DNA from: Vicugna vicugna
Taxonomy: Eukaryota
Direction: 5' to 3'
DNA length: 64,000 nt
NCBI GenBank assembly: GCA_013265495.1
Contig: MU057947.1
Coordinates: 444,048-508,047 of the forward strand
The number at the start of each line of letters is the position of its first letter. The first letter of the stretch is position 1. Made by a program: the position numbers and the translations under genes. This document shows, in pieces, positions 48,096-61,060 of the stretch. Below the pieces are notes generated by a model. It was not told where the DNA came from and did no database searches. It was given only the letters and a program-made list of their open reading frames with translations.

Positions 48096-51000
48096 GTGTC
48101 TGATAACGTGTAACCAGAGGGAAGGTCTGACACATGCTTGGTCACTGACTCAGCGTGGCCCGTCCGAGTCTCCTGGACCCACACCTTGCGAGCCACCCCA
48201 GGCAGGAAGGCGCCGGGGAGTGCGCTGCTGTGTCTGCGCGAGGGAAGGAGCCGTCGGGCGGGGTCTTCCTCAGAGGCAGGTCCAGAAGCTATCCCAGCTT
48301 CAGTGTTCATTGTAGGGAAAAGACGAGACACAAAACGTCTTGACTTTCTAGAGGAGGCTGTAAACCAGGGAAGGTGACAGTCCAGTGTTTTCATCTGGAT
48401 GCTTGTCGTTCCCTTGACGAGTAAGTTTGTGTTTTCTTGCTTCCGGACAGGTAGCTTCCAGACCCCGCCCCGCTCTCACCTCTGTGCCCTCGACAGTCGG
48501 CGTGCTCTAAACCTGGCGGACAGTCTTGTAGGAATGGAGGAAACATCTGTATCTTAAAAAGAAATCCTTTTTTAAGATGTTAAGCATTAGCTTGCTTGCT
48601 AACAGAGTAGGTTCTTAGCATTTTTAAAAAGTAGTTAATTAATTATCAAAGCGTTTTTTATTCTGCTACAGCCTGGATTTTTCTTCTAATTAAAGTTACC
48701 CTTGAATTTAACATTGCAGATCTGTAAGATTTTCATCTGTAAATATTATTTGAAGAATTGAATCTGTTGTAATTTAGATAAAATGCATCAGCTAAATTTT
48801 GTAGTAACAAGTTTTACATTTCTGCTAGTTTTTGAAACATGCAATGGAGATTTTCCTCATGGTAGTGGGAAGATATGGGAGAGAGATGATTACATTAATC
48901 AGTTATTTGAACAAAGATCGGGTGTAGCTTACATATGATTTTGTAATAATCCCTTTTTCCAAGGAAAAATATTTGCACACTACTTAGTCATCGTGTCATT
49001 TGTAGATAAATTGGTTGTGGGTTGGTCTTTGTTTTTACTGACACGCACATTCTGCGTGTAAATGTGGATTTCATGTATACTTCGTGCGTATCACAAGTGT
49101 CTGAAATCAGATAACTTGAGCAAAAATGATTTTTCTATATTAAACATGAAATTTCATTTGAACCTAGTTTAATTGGTGCTGTCATCCTCTTTTGCCTACT
49201 GTGAGCAGATCCCGGTACCCAGAGATGGCCCAGTCCGGGCAGCCCGGGATTTCCCGAGCCCGGCCAGTTCCTGGGGTGCCGCCCGACTCCATCCTGTCCC
49301 GTCGGCTGACCAGCTGGCCGGGGAGGGAGGAGGTTGGATCTGCCCCTTATTTGCTGCTCGGTTCCCACAGTGGGTGAGGGAGGGGGAGGAGTAACTCGGG
49401 ACCAGAGGGGTAAAGGTGGCTCAGAGGCTTTGCTGTGTTGTGGCGTGTCGTCTTTTCTTGGAGCACACATGTGCAGGGCAAAGGCGAGGCCCACGCTGCT
49501 TCCTCAGCCACACGCTACAGCCCAGGCGTGAGGAGCAGAGGGGGTCCTGGTGCCCCCCAAGAGCTCGCAGTACAGCTGGGAGATGGTTCCAGCAGGTGAG
49601 GCGTGTGTTGCTGAGTGGAGGGGACGGGGGCCTGATTGCCTGCTGGTGACGGCATTGCTGTCCCTCACCCGAGGTGGGCCCTGGAGCTGCGATGGGGGGC
49701 TTCCCTAGAGGACCACGTGCCCCTTTGGATAAACTCTGCAGACCGCCTGGGGTGCGGGTGGAAGGCAGTCCTGTTGCTTTATAGCCCTGCGTCGGGGCAG
49801 TCCTTGCGCTGGCTAATGAAGAGGAAGTCGGTGCTGTAGGAACAACTCCAGTCCCCTGGGCAGGGGTGCGTGTGTGGGTGGGAGCGCAGGACTGCTGGTG
49901 CCCGGGGTTCTGGATCTGGACCAGTGCTATGTGACCTCCCGCGTGGCCGGCATTTAAGCCAGCGTTTGGGACCTTGACTGTTGAAACATCGTGTGGCTGG
50001 AGTGACATCAAAGGGTAAACATCCAGCACAGGAGTGGGTCTATAGGGGGTGAAGGCAGGTGTGCCCTGCAGGACGTTCCTGAGACATGGGGTCACCTGGT
50101 TGACCGGAGGGACCCTCTGAGGGACAGCTACATTCTTGCAGACGGAAGCTTGATTGTCTCTGCCACCACCAAGAAATCCACAGTGAGTGAAAGAGCGAAG
50201 CGGGTGTTCCTCGAAGGGTCTTTTCCTTTCCTTTCCTTTTCACTGGTGAGTGATGATCATCCGGATGGGATGTGTCCTCATGTCCCATCCGGACTGCTGG
50301 ACTATAATGGGGGGCACGAAGGACTGTCTCGGTACGTCACTCATTTTCTCCCCATTTGGAAACTGAACCAGATTTTCACTATTATTCTGATGGGTCACTA
50401 AAATTATACACACCCCTAGCAAACGTGGAAGGAAGCCCTAAGTGAAAGTGGAGACCTTTGCAATTTATGGAGCATCAAAATGTCGATGACAGCTGTCGAG
50501 GTTGGAAACTCTGCCCCAAGTGGCATTATTGGTGGGACTTCAGTGAAAATCAGCTGGTGCCCGGCTGCCAATCCGCTGTCTGGCGTTACCCACGCGTCCC
50601 GCCGAGCCTCGGGAGGCGGGGACTTGCTCCCACACCATCCTTGCGCGCACTTTGAGTTACCGGCATGCCACTCCGGCGTGGCTCCCGGCCGCCGCCTCCC
50701 CCGGGCCTGGGCCGCAGAGGCAGCTCCTGCCGGGCCTCTGGAGCACGTGTTCGCGGTGTCCTTGGCGCTGCTTTGGGTGGGGGTGGTGGCTCCCTCCACG
50801 GATGCCCCGAATGGGGGTGGGTGTTGTTAGAAGGACACGTGTGTGAGGGGCCCTGGAGAGCCAGACGCCCAGCCTCAGGTGCATGTCCTGAGCCTCCTCC
50901 ACTGTCCCATCCACGTCCACCCCTGCTGGCCTCTCTGCCGCCCGGTGACCCTGCCGCCTGGCCCTGTGACTGGCACCGGCCGCTCCAGCAGCTCCCCCTC

Positions 51001-52834
51001 ATTTTACCTTTTGTCTGCTAAGTGCCTGGCCTCCATGTTGCTTTTAAATCCACGTGAAGGAGACGGGGATGCCAGCGCTGGTGCACAGCCCGCTGACAGT
51101 GGCCGTGGGCAGTGCTGCCTGGGACTCGGGGAGCCCTGACTGAGTCGTCCACGTGGGGGTCCCGTTTACTGAGGAGGAAGCAGAGCGGGAGAGCTCGCGT
51201 GTGCTCACGGCCAGCAAGTGCCCCCTCTGCTTTTCTCTGTCTAGGCCCAACTCCATCCCGCCCGTACCCTGGGGACAGCATGTTCCCAACTCTAACTAAA
51301 GCACCACCGCCCAGAACTGGTGCCGAGGGGCCGTCCCCCTTTAGGTTTCCCGCAGCTTCCTCACAGGGTGGACTGTTTCTTCGTCACCTAAAGTGAGGAC
51401 AGGCCCCTGTGCAGAGGACGCTTCAGCGGGTGGTGTGTGATTCAGTGATGTCTAACCTCCCTGGGCTTCAGCCCTGTGCATCCCACTGCAGGGGGTGCCC
51501 TCTGCGCCCTCGTGGCCAAGGCAGCTTTCCTGTGCCGAGTCAGCAGGCCGGAGACGCCGCGGTCCCAGGGTTTGATGTGGGAGTCCAGGCGCTGCCCCTG
51601 GGCCTGGTGCACACGTGCCCCAGAGGGACTGAGGTCAATGCCCTGCCTGACAGTCTGCTTACAACAATGGACAACAAAGAAAACCCCTCCTCTGGGAAAC
51701 CTGCCGTCTCCCTGGGCAGCATTTCACTCTTCACTTCTTAATGGATCAAGTACACGAGGATATTTTATAAATTTTAAAGGGCCAGACACACATGGGCAAA
51801 AAGGCCAAAGTGCCTTGTGCAAGCTCGCATGCGTTGTGGAGGATCGTGGCTCTCTGCGTGGTCTGTCCCGCAGGGAGTTCCCGCCGGATTCTTTGTTTCC
51901 CGGGACCGGCCATCCGGAGGCGTCACCTGAGGCTGTGCTGACTGACTGGCCACTGTGACGTCATCCTTCCAAAGCCCGGGCTGCTGTAAATTATGTTTTA
52001 AATGGTGTAATTAAGAATTTCAGACGACTGAACTGTCTTTGAGGGGAAGAATCTGTCCCCTTCTCCAGAGAGATAATTAGTTCTTAGAGTATATAGTTGT
52101 TGAAGAATTTACTGTGAAGTAAAAGACTGGTATTTTATTCTTGCATTTATTAGTATTTAATCAAACGGAAAGTGCACTTTTGGTCTGGAAATCTTGGCTT
52201 CAACGTTAGGATTAGACTGAATTATTGTTGAAAGAGTAAAAGGTACAGAATTATATGTTCAAGTTATCAAGCCACTGATAGGTTTTGGGCACGACGTAGC
52301 TAATGCAGGGCTTAGAATTTCCTGCCTCGGGTTAATCATTCGGAAGCAGCACGCACGTCGGTGGCTGGTGGCCTTGTTGTGGGGATGGCGTCCGTCCCTC
52401 CAGGAGCCTTGTGCCGCCAAGGCTGGCTCGTTCCCGGCCGCCGGAGCGTAGCCGGAACATAAGGCTCTTCCATTTGGGACACCCAGTCATAAATCACGCC
52501 GCGCTTCTACCCGAGAATCCTTCACCACAGACACCGTGAAACTTATTCTTTATTACGGATCAAGAAGACTTAATTCCGTGGTCCTCGGTCGGGGCCAGGC
52601 TTGAGCCCTCCTGCAGACTAGCGGCTACTCTTTCTAAGCCAGTACTTAAGACATTCCGGAAAAATTTGTAACCACATCTTGCTTGACGTTGTGGTGTCAA
52701 GATAAGGGCGTGAGCACGCGGGATCAGAGGGGCCTTAAGGTTTGTTCATGAGCAGGTGGGAGGGAAGGATCCAGCGGCGCAAAGCCGGGGCGCCTGATCA
52801 TCACTCCACTCACATTTAGGGCGGGAGGAGGCAT

Positions 52835-53300
52835 GCTCTTCCTGCAGTGGACTGGAGGGTATTTCTGGCTTTTCAGGTTCTACGGTCTCGTCACGACCAC
52901 AGCTGACCCTGGACCAGCCTGGGAGTGGGGCACCAGCCCCCTGCATGTTTGAAAATCCGGGTGTCACTGATAGTCCCAGTCGGCTCTGTGGTTCTGCAGC
53001 CGGGGACTCAGCCAAGCGCAGATCACGCATCCTCCTGCGTTTACTGTTGACAAACGCCCGCGTGTCAGTGGACCTGCGCGGTTCAGACCCGGGATGTCCG
53101 AGGGTCAGCTGTGCCGACAAGAGCTACTGCCACAGGACACAGTGAGCCTGGCCACCTTCTAGTGAAGCTGTATTCGAGACTGAAATTGGAATTTCATATC
53201 ATTTTCACGTGTCAGGATGTGTTTCCTTGGACTTTCCCCAACTACTGAGAAACGCCCTGCACCCCGCCCACCCCTGGTTGTTGGCAGGCGCTCAGGTGGC
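52835..53300. mobile_element. MER58B-like hAT element interrupted by a Tigger MITE
   Basis: tatttctggcttttcaggttctacggtctc on the left; actgaaattggaatttcatatcattttcacgtgtca on the right. Confidence 0.6.
52900..53111. mobile_element. Tigger2a/MER28-like MITE
   Basis: Perfect 11-bp TIRs cagctgaccct / agggtcagctg; internal gaaaatccgggtgtcact and agtggacctgcgcggttcagaccc. Confidence 0.85.
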
Positions 53301-56300
53301 CGAGCTCTGCACCCGCAGGTGTCCCAGCTGCTCAGGTCCGGCTCAGGCGCATCCTCTAGAACGTGCGGATCCACCCAGGGAAATGCTGATGGGCGGGGGG
53401 GGGGGGCCAGGCTGCTTCTGGGCCAGTGGGTCCTGGCAGCCTCCTGGCCTTGGGCGGGGCACAGTTCTGTAGGCCTCCCCAGAAGCTGCCGTTGGTTCAC
53501 ATCCCAAGTGTGGGGATGCTCTTCCAGGCCATTTGCTGGCGCTGTCTCTTGAGGATTTCAGCGGAACCTGTTACAGAATCTGGATCTCACTGTACACACC
53601 GGGCTGGATGAATCGGTGCAGACAGATTTGGTGACTGAACCTGGGGAAAGGGTTATAGTGATTCCCTTGTGTAAGCTGATTCTGTCACTGACACACAAGC
53701 GCACGTTTTTAACATCCAAATTCTATCCATATGCAGGTGGGAGACTTTATTAACTAGGACTTTTCCCCAGGGCTTGATTGCAAACAGGCATGTGATGCTT
53801 CGATACTGCGGGGGCTTTACTGGGGTGGGGAGGACTGTGAATCCCATCTGCTGTGGGGAAGAGACGTTTGGGAGCTTTGCACCTTGCACCGTCCGGCTGG
53901 TCCAGGAAGCATGTGCTCCCCCAGAGTCCCGTGGTGACCGTAGGCAGGCCGCCCTGTGCTGCTCTGAAACAGGGGCCTCTGGGGTCTGGCTGCTTTGCCT
54001 CGTTGGGCAAGTTGTGTCTCTCAGATTCTCCCACGTGTTCCAACATGTTACTTATTCTCTAAGAAGTCAGCCAAACGGCCCCGCTGTAGAGGCTTGTAAA
54101 GAAGGTTATTTTCTGCCGTGACGTATTTAAGCTGAAGCTTCCCAGGGCGTGCCAGGTCTAAGGGCTGACACTTCACGCAGAGCAGCAGCAGCCGCCCCTT
54201 TGCTCCTCCGGGACGGGCTGTCACCAAGCGGCCCGGGCTTCCCAGTGCCGGGACGCAGGAATGCGCGCAGGCTGTGAGAGTTGTGCTCTTGGCAGAGCGA
54301 GCCGCAGGGCCCGTGCGGGGGGCCCCGGGGGCCAGAGCTCCCCGATCAGACCCCGCGGTCAGGGCAGCGCTCCCACCTTCCTGGAGATGGCTCCCTCGTC
54401 GCTGTTGGCAACATACGCAGCTCAGGGGTACTGGACAGTGAGGGAGAATATGGTATTTTTCATGTTTTCCCTTCACAGTGAGCTATACGCGGATTGTCCT
54501 GGGTCCTCCCTGCAGTCCCGTGGCCAGGAGTGACGCAGGGCTGCGGTGAGGCCGGGGGAGGCCGGGGCCTGCGCATCAGCCTGCCAGTCGGGTCCTGAAG
54601 GCGGGTGTGGACCCTGCGCCGCAGGGCGTGTTCCGTGCGGAGGACACGGGGGTTCCCAGTCCATGCTCGGGGGGCAAGAGTGGGACTTGGGGATCCCCAT
54701 GGGGCTCAGGCCCCACGTGGGGCCCAGGGTTCCCTGCATCGCGGAATCTGCCGTTCTCCCCACGGTGGCTGAGAACACAGAGGGGCTTTTAATAGTCAGA
54801 GGACCTGGCGGAGTGGGGCTGTGGGCTTTGAACCTGCGAGGAGGTTGCACCGGGTTCTGAGTGGCAGGTTCCGAGGTGCACGCTCCTGCTCGGGTCTGGC
54901 TGCGGTTGCCCGGCCTGGTGTCCCCTGCGCTGCCCATGAGCCCGCGGGGAGGCTGGTCAGGTCCCTGTGTGGTCCCACCCCCAGCAGACCTGCCCCGTTG
55001 TGGGCACCACTCACCCCTGGGGAAGGAGCTGTGAGCAGGGAGTGGGGGGCGCAGGGCCTGGGAGCCGCGCAGTCACCAAAGGCCGAGACCAGACCAGAGC
55101 TTCAAGGCCTCCTGCCCACTTCCCGCCAACCTCATGCCCCTTTCTGGGGACCCAGCGCTGGGGGGTGCTGGGCTGGTTAGACCCCTTAGGACCACACTGG
55201 GCCCTGAGGACAGGCTCCGCAGGGTGGAGGTGACCTGCGATGTGCTGGCTTCCCTGGTCCAGGTTCCTGCAGCTCCAAGGGGTGCTTAATGTCCCCCCTG
55301 GGTGCTGGCCCCTCGCTGTGCTCAGAGACCCCGGCAGTTTGATGGGCGAGAAGCAGGTGGGAGGGGCCGTTCTGCCAAATGAAGGGTTGTTGGCTGCTGT
55401 TCCAGATCCTGCTCTGATGGCTGTCAGTGCAGACTTCACACCCCGCCTCTGATCCTGGGCTCCTTGTGGAAGGTCTGGGCTTCACTTGTTCTTGAAACCT
55501 GCTTCCTCTGATCATCTGTGCATCTGGTGTCCTGGCTGGTGACCCATTTGTGGTTAAAGACCAGTTTTTCCTTCTCTAAGTACTCAAAGCTTACTTCCGT
55601 GAATTGCCTAAAAAGGACTGAAGCAGAATCACCTGAACAAACAGTGCCTTAGAGCGGGACCACTCCCACCTTCTCCCAAAGAGCCCTCAGAGCAGGGGCA
55701 GCCGGGTCGTGACCGCCAGCTTCGGAGGGTCTGGGAGCCCAGCAGTGGCAACCCTGCTTACAGTCTCCTCGGCTACCTTAGCGAAATTGAGATTATGGTT
55801 TTCCTGTTTTATTGTCATGTTGCTGTAAAATTTTTTTCCTCCACAAAATTCATTAGCCAGCATGGTGTGCAGCGTGTGACTTTGTGTGCACTGGCCCCCA
55901 CCATGTGTGCTGAGCGTGCACACTGAGGTTTGAGCACACTTTGACACCAGTGCCTTCCATTTCACGGAGAGTCTTTGTGTGGGTTTGACTCTGGTCTGCG
56001 GTGCTCTGGTTGGGGGAAAGTTTTGTAGGGAGCATTTTAAAGAGATAAGTGACAGTAAGTAGTAAACCTCTAGAAAGGCTTCTGTAGGTCTTACTGTTCG
56101 GGGTTCTGGCATCATGTGCCAGTTTTTGGCTAGATCCAAAGAGATTTTAAACTGTTGGAATGAAATGTGAGCAGCAGTCTCACCTGGAAACATTTTCCAA
56201 ACGTGCTTGAGGTTTCAGGAGGTTTCTGGAGCAGTTTGTCAAACGGTTGATGCACTTGCTCTTTGTGTGTTCTGTTTCTTTTACACACACACACAGGTTT

Positions 56301-57009
56301 GTATTCTCACTGCCCTGTAACTAACTCTTGTTTTATTACACAGACTTAAAACAGTGTTTGAGCTTCAGAACAGAGAAGTAGTCACCTTCTTGTGTTGCTC
56401 AGACTTGGTTTGATAACATGAACAAAAATGAAGAGTTTGGAAAAGAAAACCCAGTTTTATTTTAAGTATAACTTTTAAATGTCGTCAGTGCCTGTTTTTG
56501 TGTAGAAATGGTTGTTTTAAAGACCAGTGGACAAGCTTCCTTAGATGTCCCTCTAAGGTGGCGGCTCTGACGGGCAGATGTTTTCACGTCTGTTTTATAA
56601 GGTGCGCTCTTCAGGTGACGTGGGATGCTGAGACGCACGTGCGTGTGGTGCTGTGGCGGCCGTTCTCCACCCTGGCCCCGAGCCCCCCAGCCCTTGTTAG
56701 GTTCTTCACAACCAAGGCATCGCTAATCAGGAAGTTGCTCAGCAGGGCTGTGTCCAGTGATCGTAATGAAAGAGGCACAGGTCCCAGACCCAGGGCGTCC
56801 GTGTGTAAGCTCAGAGTGGGGAGAACGTGGCATTTGTGGGATTCCCCTACGAGCAGTTTTTGGTTTGGAAGTTTAGCTGTGTAACTGATGCAGAATGGCT
56901 CCTCCCTTTGTGTGCCCGTGGTTGGGTTCACGGAAACTCAGCAGCAAGCAGGGAGCACCATTTTCCTTATGGGTCAGCCCCACAACAGGAGGCTTTGAAT
57001 GATTCTTTT

Positions 57010-57590
57010 CTTAATTAGTAAACTTTATGTTTTTTAGAGGAGTTTTAGGTTCACAGCAAAATTGAGCAAAAGATACAGAGAGTTTCCTTACACTTCCTGC
57101 CCCAACCCATGCATAGCCCGCCCCCCACTATCGCCACCCCCGCCGGATGGTACATTTGACCGTGTTTACGTCTTGCTGGTGCGCTCTCTGTGGGTTTTGA
57201 CCGTTGTGGTGTCATGTATCCACCGGTGCTTCGTCCTGCACAATAGTCTCACTGCCCTGAAAATCCCGTGCGCCCCTTACTCATCCCTCCCTCCCCCCAC
57301 CCCGGGAACCGCTCCTCTTTTTACTGTCTCCAAAGAGCTGGGATCCCAGAGTAGGCAGCCTCTTCAGATTGGCTTCTTTCATGTAGGAATAGGCACTTAA
57401 CGTTTCTTCCATGTCTTTCCGTGGCTGGACACCGCGTTACTTTTTAGCGATGAATAATACACCAGCGTCTGGAGGAGCCGCAGTTTATCTAGCCGTTTTC
57501 CTACTGAAGGGCATCCTGGTGGCTTCCTGGTTTTGGCCGCTGTGAAGAAAGCTGCCATAAACACCCGTTTGCAGATTTTTGTGTAGATAG
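57010..57590 (-). mobile_element. L1MC/MD-type 3' end, antisense
   Basis: ttttaggttcacagcaaaattgagcaaaagatacagagagtt...ttcagattggcttcttt...cctactgaagggcatcctggtggcttcc. Confidence 0.85.
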
Positions 57591-59689
57591 AGAGGGATGT
57601 TTTTGCACGACTTTGGATGCACTCTGAGTTCGACATGCCAGATGGCAGCACCATTTTGTTTGGCAAAATCATTTCAACCTAACTGAACCCTTTTTGGTTG
57701 TTGGAGTGTATTGAGGAGCCCAGGCTCTGTCTGTCTTTTGTTGCCTGTGACCTGGCAGGTCTGTGCTGGGGAGGCCCTGGCTCATGACGCGGTGAGCCAG
57801 GCCTCAGGCGGCCTCGCCTTCTCCCCAGCAGTTTCCTTCTCGACTTTTACGCCTGATGGGGGTCAGCCCTACCCTCACCCGTCTCCCACCCTCCCTCGGC
57901 CCGGTTTCTTACGAGGTGATGGTGTGAATATTTGTTCTCTTCCGGGGGTTTGACATGTGTTTCTTTGCTAATTAAGAGAATCCGTCCAGCCCGATGGTTG
58001 GGTGGGCTGACCTGAGCGCCGAGGACCAGAGGCGCTTCCCTGACGCGCTCTCCTTGTTCTCTGCTCAGCAGGGAGGTTGTAAAACAGCTGGCTTTCATTT
58101 CATGACGGCCCTGTTGGTGTCATGAGGGGCGGAGATGGGTCCTCCCCGCCCCTTGGTCGGTTCTCAGGGTGCCAGCGAGCTCCCACTTGGCACACCCAGC
58201 TCTGGGAAACACCAAAGCCACCGAGACGGGCGCCCCGGGCAGGCCTGGTGTGTGGCCGTGGGCCCCGAGCCCCTGACCTCCGGGGAGGTGACAGTAGCAA
58301 ACGTCTCGGCAGCTTGTTTGGACCCTGCTTGTAAGAAGGCAGCCTCTTGACGGGCATTTTCAGTGCGTAGGATACTGATATTGGAAACGGTTAGAAGTGA
58401 AAGGTGCAGGATTGATTGTGAAGACAGTTGTGAGAAGGACAGTTTTTAGACAGGTGTGGCCGGCCTGGGAAACTACAAGCAAAGGGGAAAGAAGACAGTT
58501 TCTGTTTCTGGATTTCTTGCTTTTCATAATGGGAACCCGGCCTCTGGCGCCAACTGCTTAATTCAGAACATTAAACGCCATTCATGTTAAAAGGGAGATG
58601 AAACGAAATTCACTTCGTTTTTCAGCAGTCTCCAAATAGCCATGAAAAATCATTTTTTTCCTGCCACAAATTAGCGTCGGCCACTTTGTGGCTTCAGTGA
58701 TGACACAGGGGGCCGGCCCCTGGGCTCTGTCAGGCCCTCGGCTGGGGCCACAGGGCTTGCGCTCCGGGAGAGTGGGAGGGGGGAGCCTGGCGGTGCAACC
58801 CCGTTTGTGTCCTGAGTGCAGCCTGCGGTCTGGTCCCCGTGAGCGCGGGGAGGCAGGCGGTACCGGACTCTCGGGCTCTGCTCAGGAACGTGGTCTCACA
58901 CGGTGTGAGCAGCCCCATCTGCTCTCAGTGAATATTCAGAGAGCTGGCTTGTTGGCGCCTCCTCCACAGGACCCTCTAGTCTAGTCCTCAAAGCCCTGAA
59001 CACTTGGGTTTGGCCCCTGACGACGCACTTTCTCCTTGTCCCCTACCCCGGCGGGGCGCCCCAGGCTTCTGCTCCAGGGCTGGTCCCGCGGGGCCAGTTG
59101 GCTGCTTCGGGCAGAAACCTGAGGTCGCTCGCTGCTCCCCGGACAGTCCCCTGGTAAGCAGCTGGTGCTTAGGGCTCATAGATGATTGGGTTTCTTTAAA
59201 TTTCCCTCTCCACTTTCTGGCTTGGAAACACGGCCAGCTGTTAGCTGAGCGGACTCTTGTCATTCAGCCCCAGGACCACTGCACACATCGTGACCCTGCT
59301 CCTCATGGATGTGGGTACAGTGTCCCAGACACAGCGCGCCCCTTCTGTGCCACTGACGTCCTTGGGGTCTCGGTGCTGCCACTGCCCATGCTGGTGCTCG
59401 GCGCTCCAGCAGCTGCCGTGGCGGCTGCTCTCGGACCCGGGTCCTCTCCCTTCTGGGGCTGCCGCCGCCTCCATTCACAGACACCTGCATCTACCCCAGC
59501 ACCCAGGCCTCAGCGTGTGCAGGTCTGCCTGCCAGGGACTCGCCTCTCCTTCACCCTCCCCCGAAAACTCTGACCTGGCCTTTTTATGGCGGCACCTCCT
59601 CTAGGAAGCATCAGGTCCCCAGACCCCCAGCTGCAGGCTCCCATAATCCTGGAGTTCTCCTTCTGAGTCCTTACCTCAAGTATGATTCA

Positions 59690-60500
59690 GTGATTCGGGT
59701 AGTTAGCTCATGTGTTCAGCAGGTATGTACGAGCATCTGTGATGCATTCTAAGTGCTAGCATACAGCAGGAGACCAGTTAGAACTACTCCGACTTGAAGA
59801 AAACAGGAAATCCTCAGAACAATGGCTTGAAACAAACGGGCTTTCTTTCCCTTGCACAAGGAGAAGTTATCAGCAGACAACACTGCTGTGGTAGTGGCTC
59901 ACGGTGTCAGGGCTGGGGCTCTCCCGTCTCTTGGCCCTTGCCTCATGTTCACCAGATGGTTGCCACAGCTCCAGGCATCACATCTGCCATGTCAAGGAAG
60001 GAAGAAAGGGGAGGAGATGGTGCCAGCCACATAGGATTTTTTTATAAATCAAAACAAGACCTGTCAGCAAACTTCTACTTATTGGCCAGAGTTGTCACAA
60101 CATTTGCTACCTGTATTGGAGCTTAAGGCAATGCATAGCAAATAAACAAAGTGCATCTAGTGTAATTTCATGTGATCTAAGTGCTATAAAGAATGGGAAA
60201 GAAGGGATGGAGGAGCTGGACGATCTCAGGGTTTCTCTGAGATGAGACGGTGCTGTTTGAGCAGGGTTGGGAGCTAAGTGGCAGAGGCCCCAGTGCCATA
60301 TGTGAAGGGGAGGCACTTCAAGAAGCATGAGCGGCAGGTGCAAAGGCCCTGAAGCAAGAAGGACACCTGTGTGTGTGCGGAGCAGCGAGAGAAGAGTGGA
60401 TTGGAGGTCCTGGTCAGAGATGAGGTCAGGCAGGAAGGGAGGGCCCCAGCTTGTTGGGGGCTGTTGCGGCTACATGTGTAGGGCCTTGTGGCCAGAAAGA
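59690..60500 (-). mobile_element. L2 fragments with an inserted MLT1J-like LTR (~59800-60125)
   Basis: L2: gagcatctgtgatgcattctaagtgctag and gcaggtgcaaaggccctgaagca; MLT1J: agatggttgccacagctccaggcatcacatc. Confidence 0.6.
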
Positions 60501-60814
60501 AGGACCTGATTTGTTTTCATGTATCTTCATTTTATTCAACCTTTTTTTTAAACTAAAAAAAGTGTTCATACCTCTGTGTATTTATTTCACTCAGAAAAGT
60601 ATCAACAGTCCTTTTTTTTTTACATGTGTGAGCTTATGAGACAGTAGTAAATGCAGAACATTTGCTGTCATCACCTGCACTTCATGTTACACTGGATTTT
60701 AATACAATTTTTTATCCTCATAAAAGGAATTCAAGTTTACTGTAGAAAACTCAGAAAATACAGGTAAGAGCAGAAATATTTTAAATAGTTCTGCTGTACC
60801 TGTATCGATTTTTC

Positions 60815-61060
60815 TAAAATGAACTTTTGATTTGGAATAGCATTAGATTTACAGAAAAGCTGCAAAGACGGGGCAGCGCGATTTGCTTTTGGCGGTTGGT
60901 TTTTCTCCCCAAGTGCAGCGCGTTTGCCTGGTTCCAGCTGCGAGCCCTCAGCCCGGTGGCTCGTGCGTAAGGCGTGCTCAAGTGTTTTTTAAGCATTTAT
61001 TTACTAGTATTTGTTCATGGCTCGTCCTTCACTCTCCCTTCTGCTCCTGGGCTCTTGGGC
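60815..61060 (-). mobile_element. L1M 3' end fragment, antisense
   Basis: ttttgatttggaatagcattagatttacagaaaagctgcaaaga. Confidence 0.55.
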
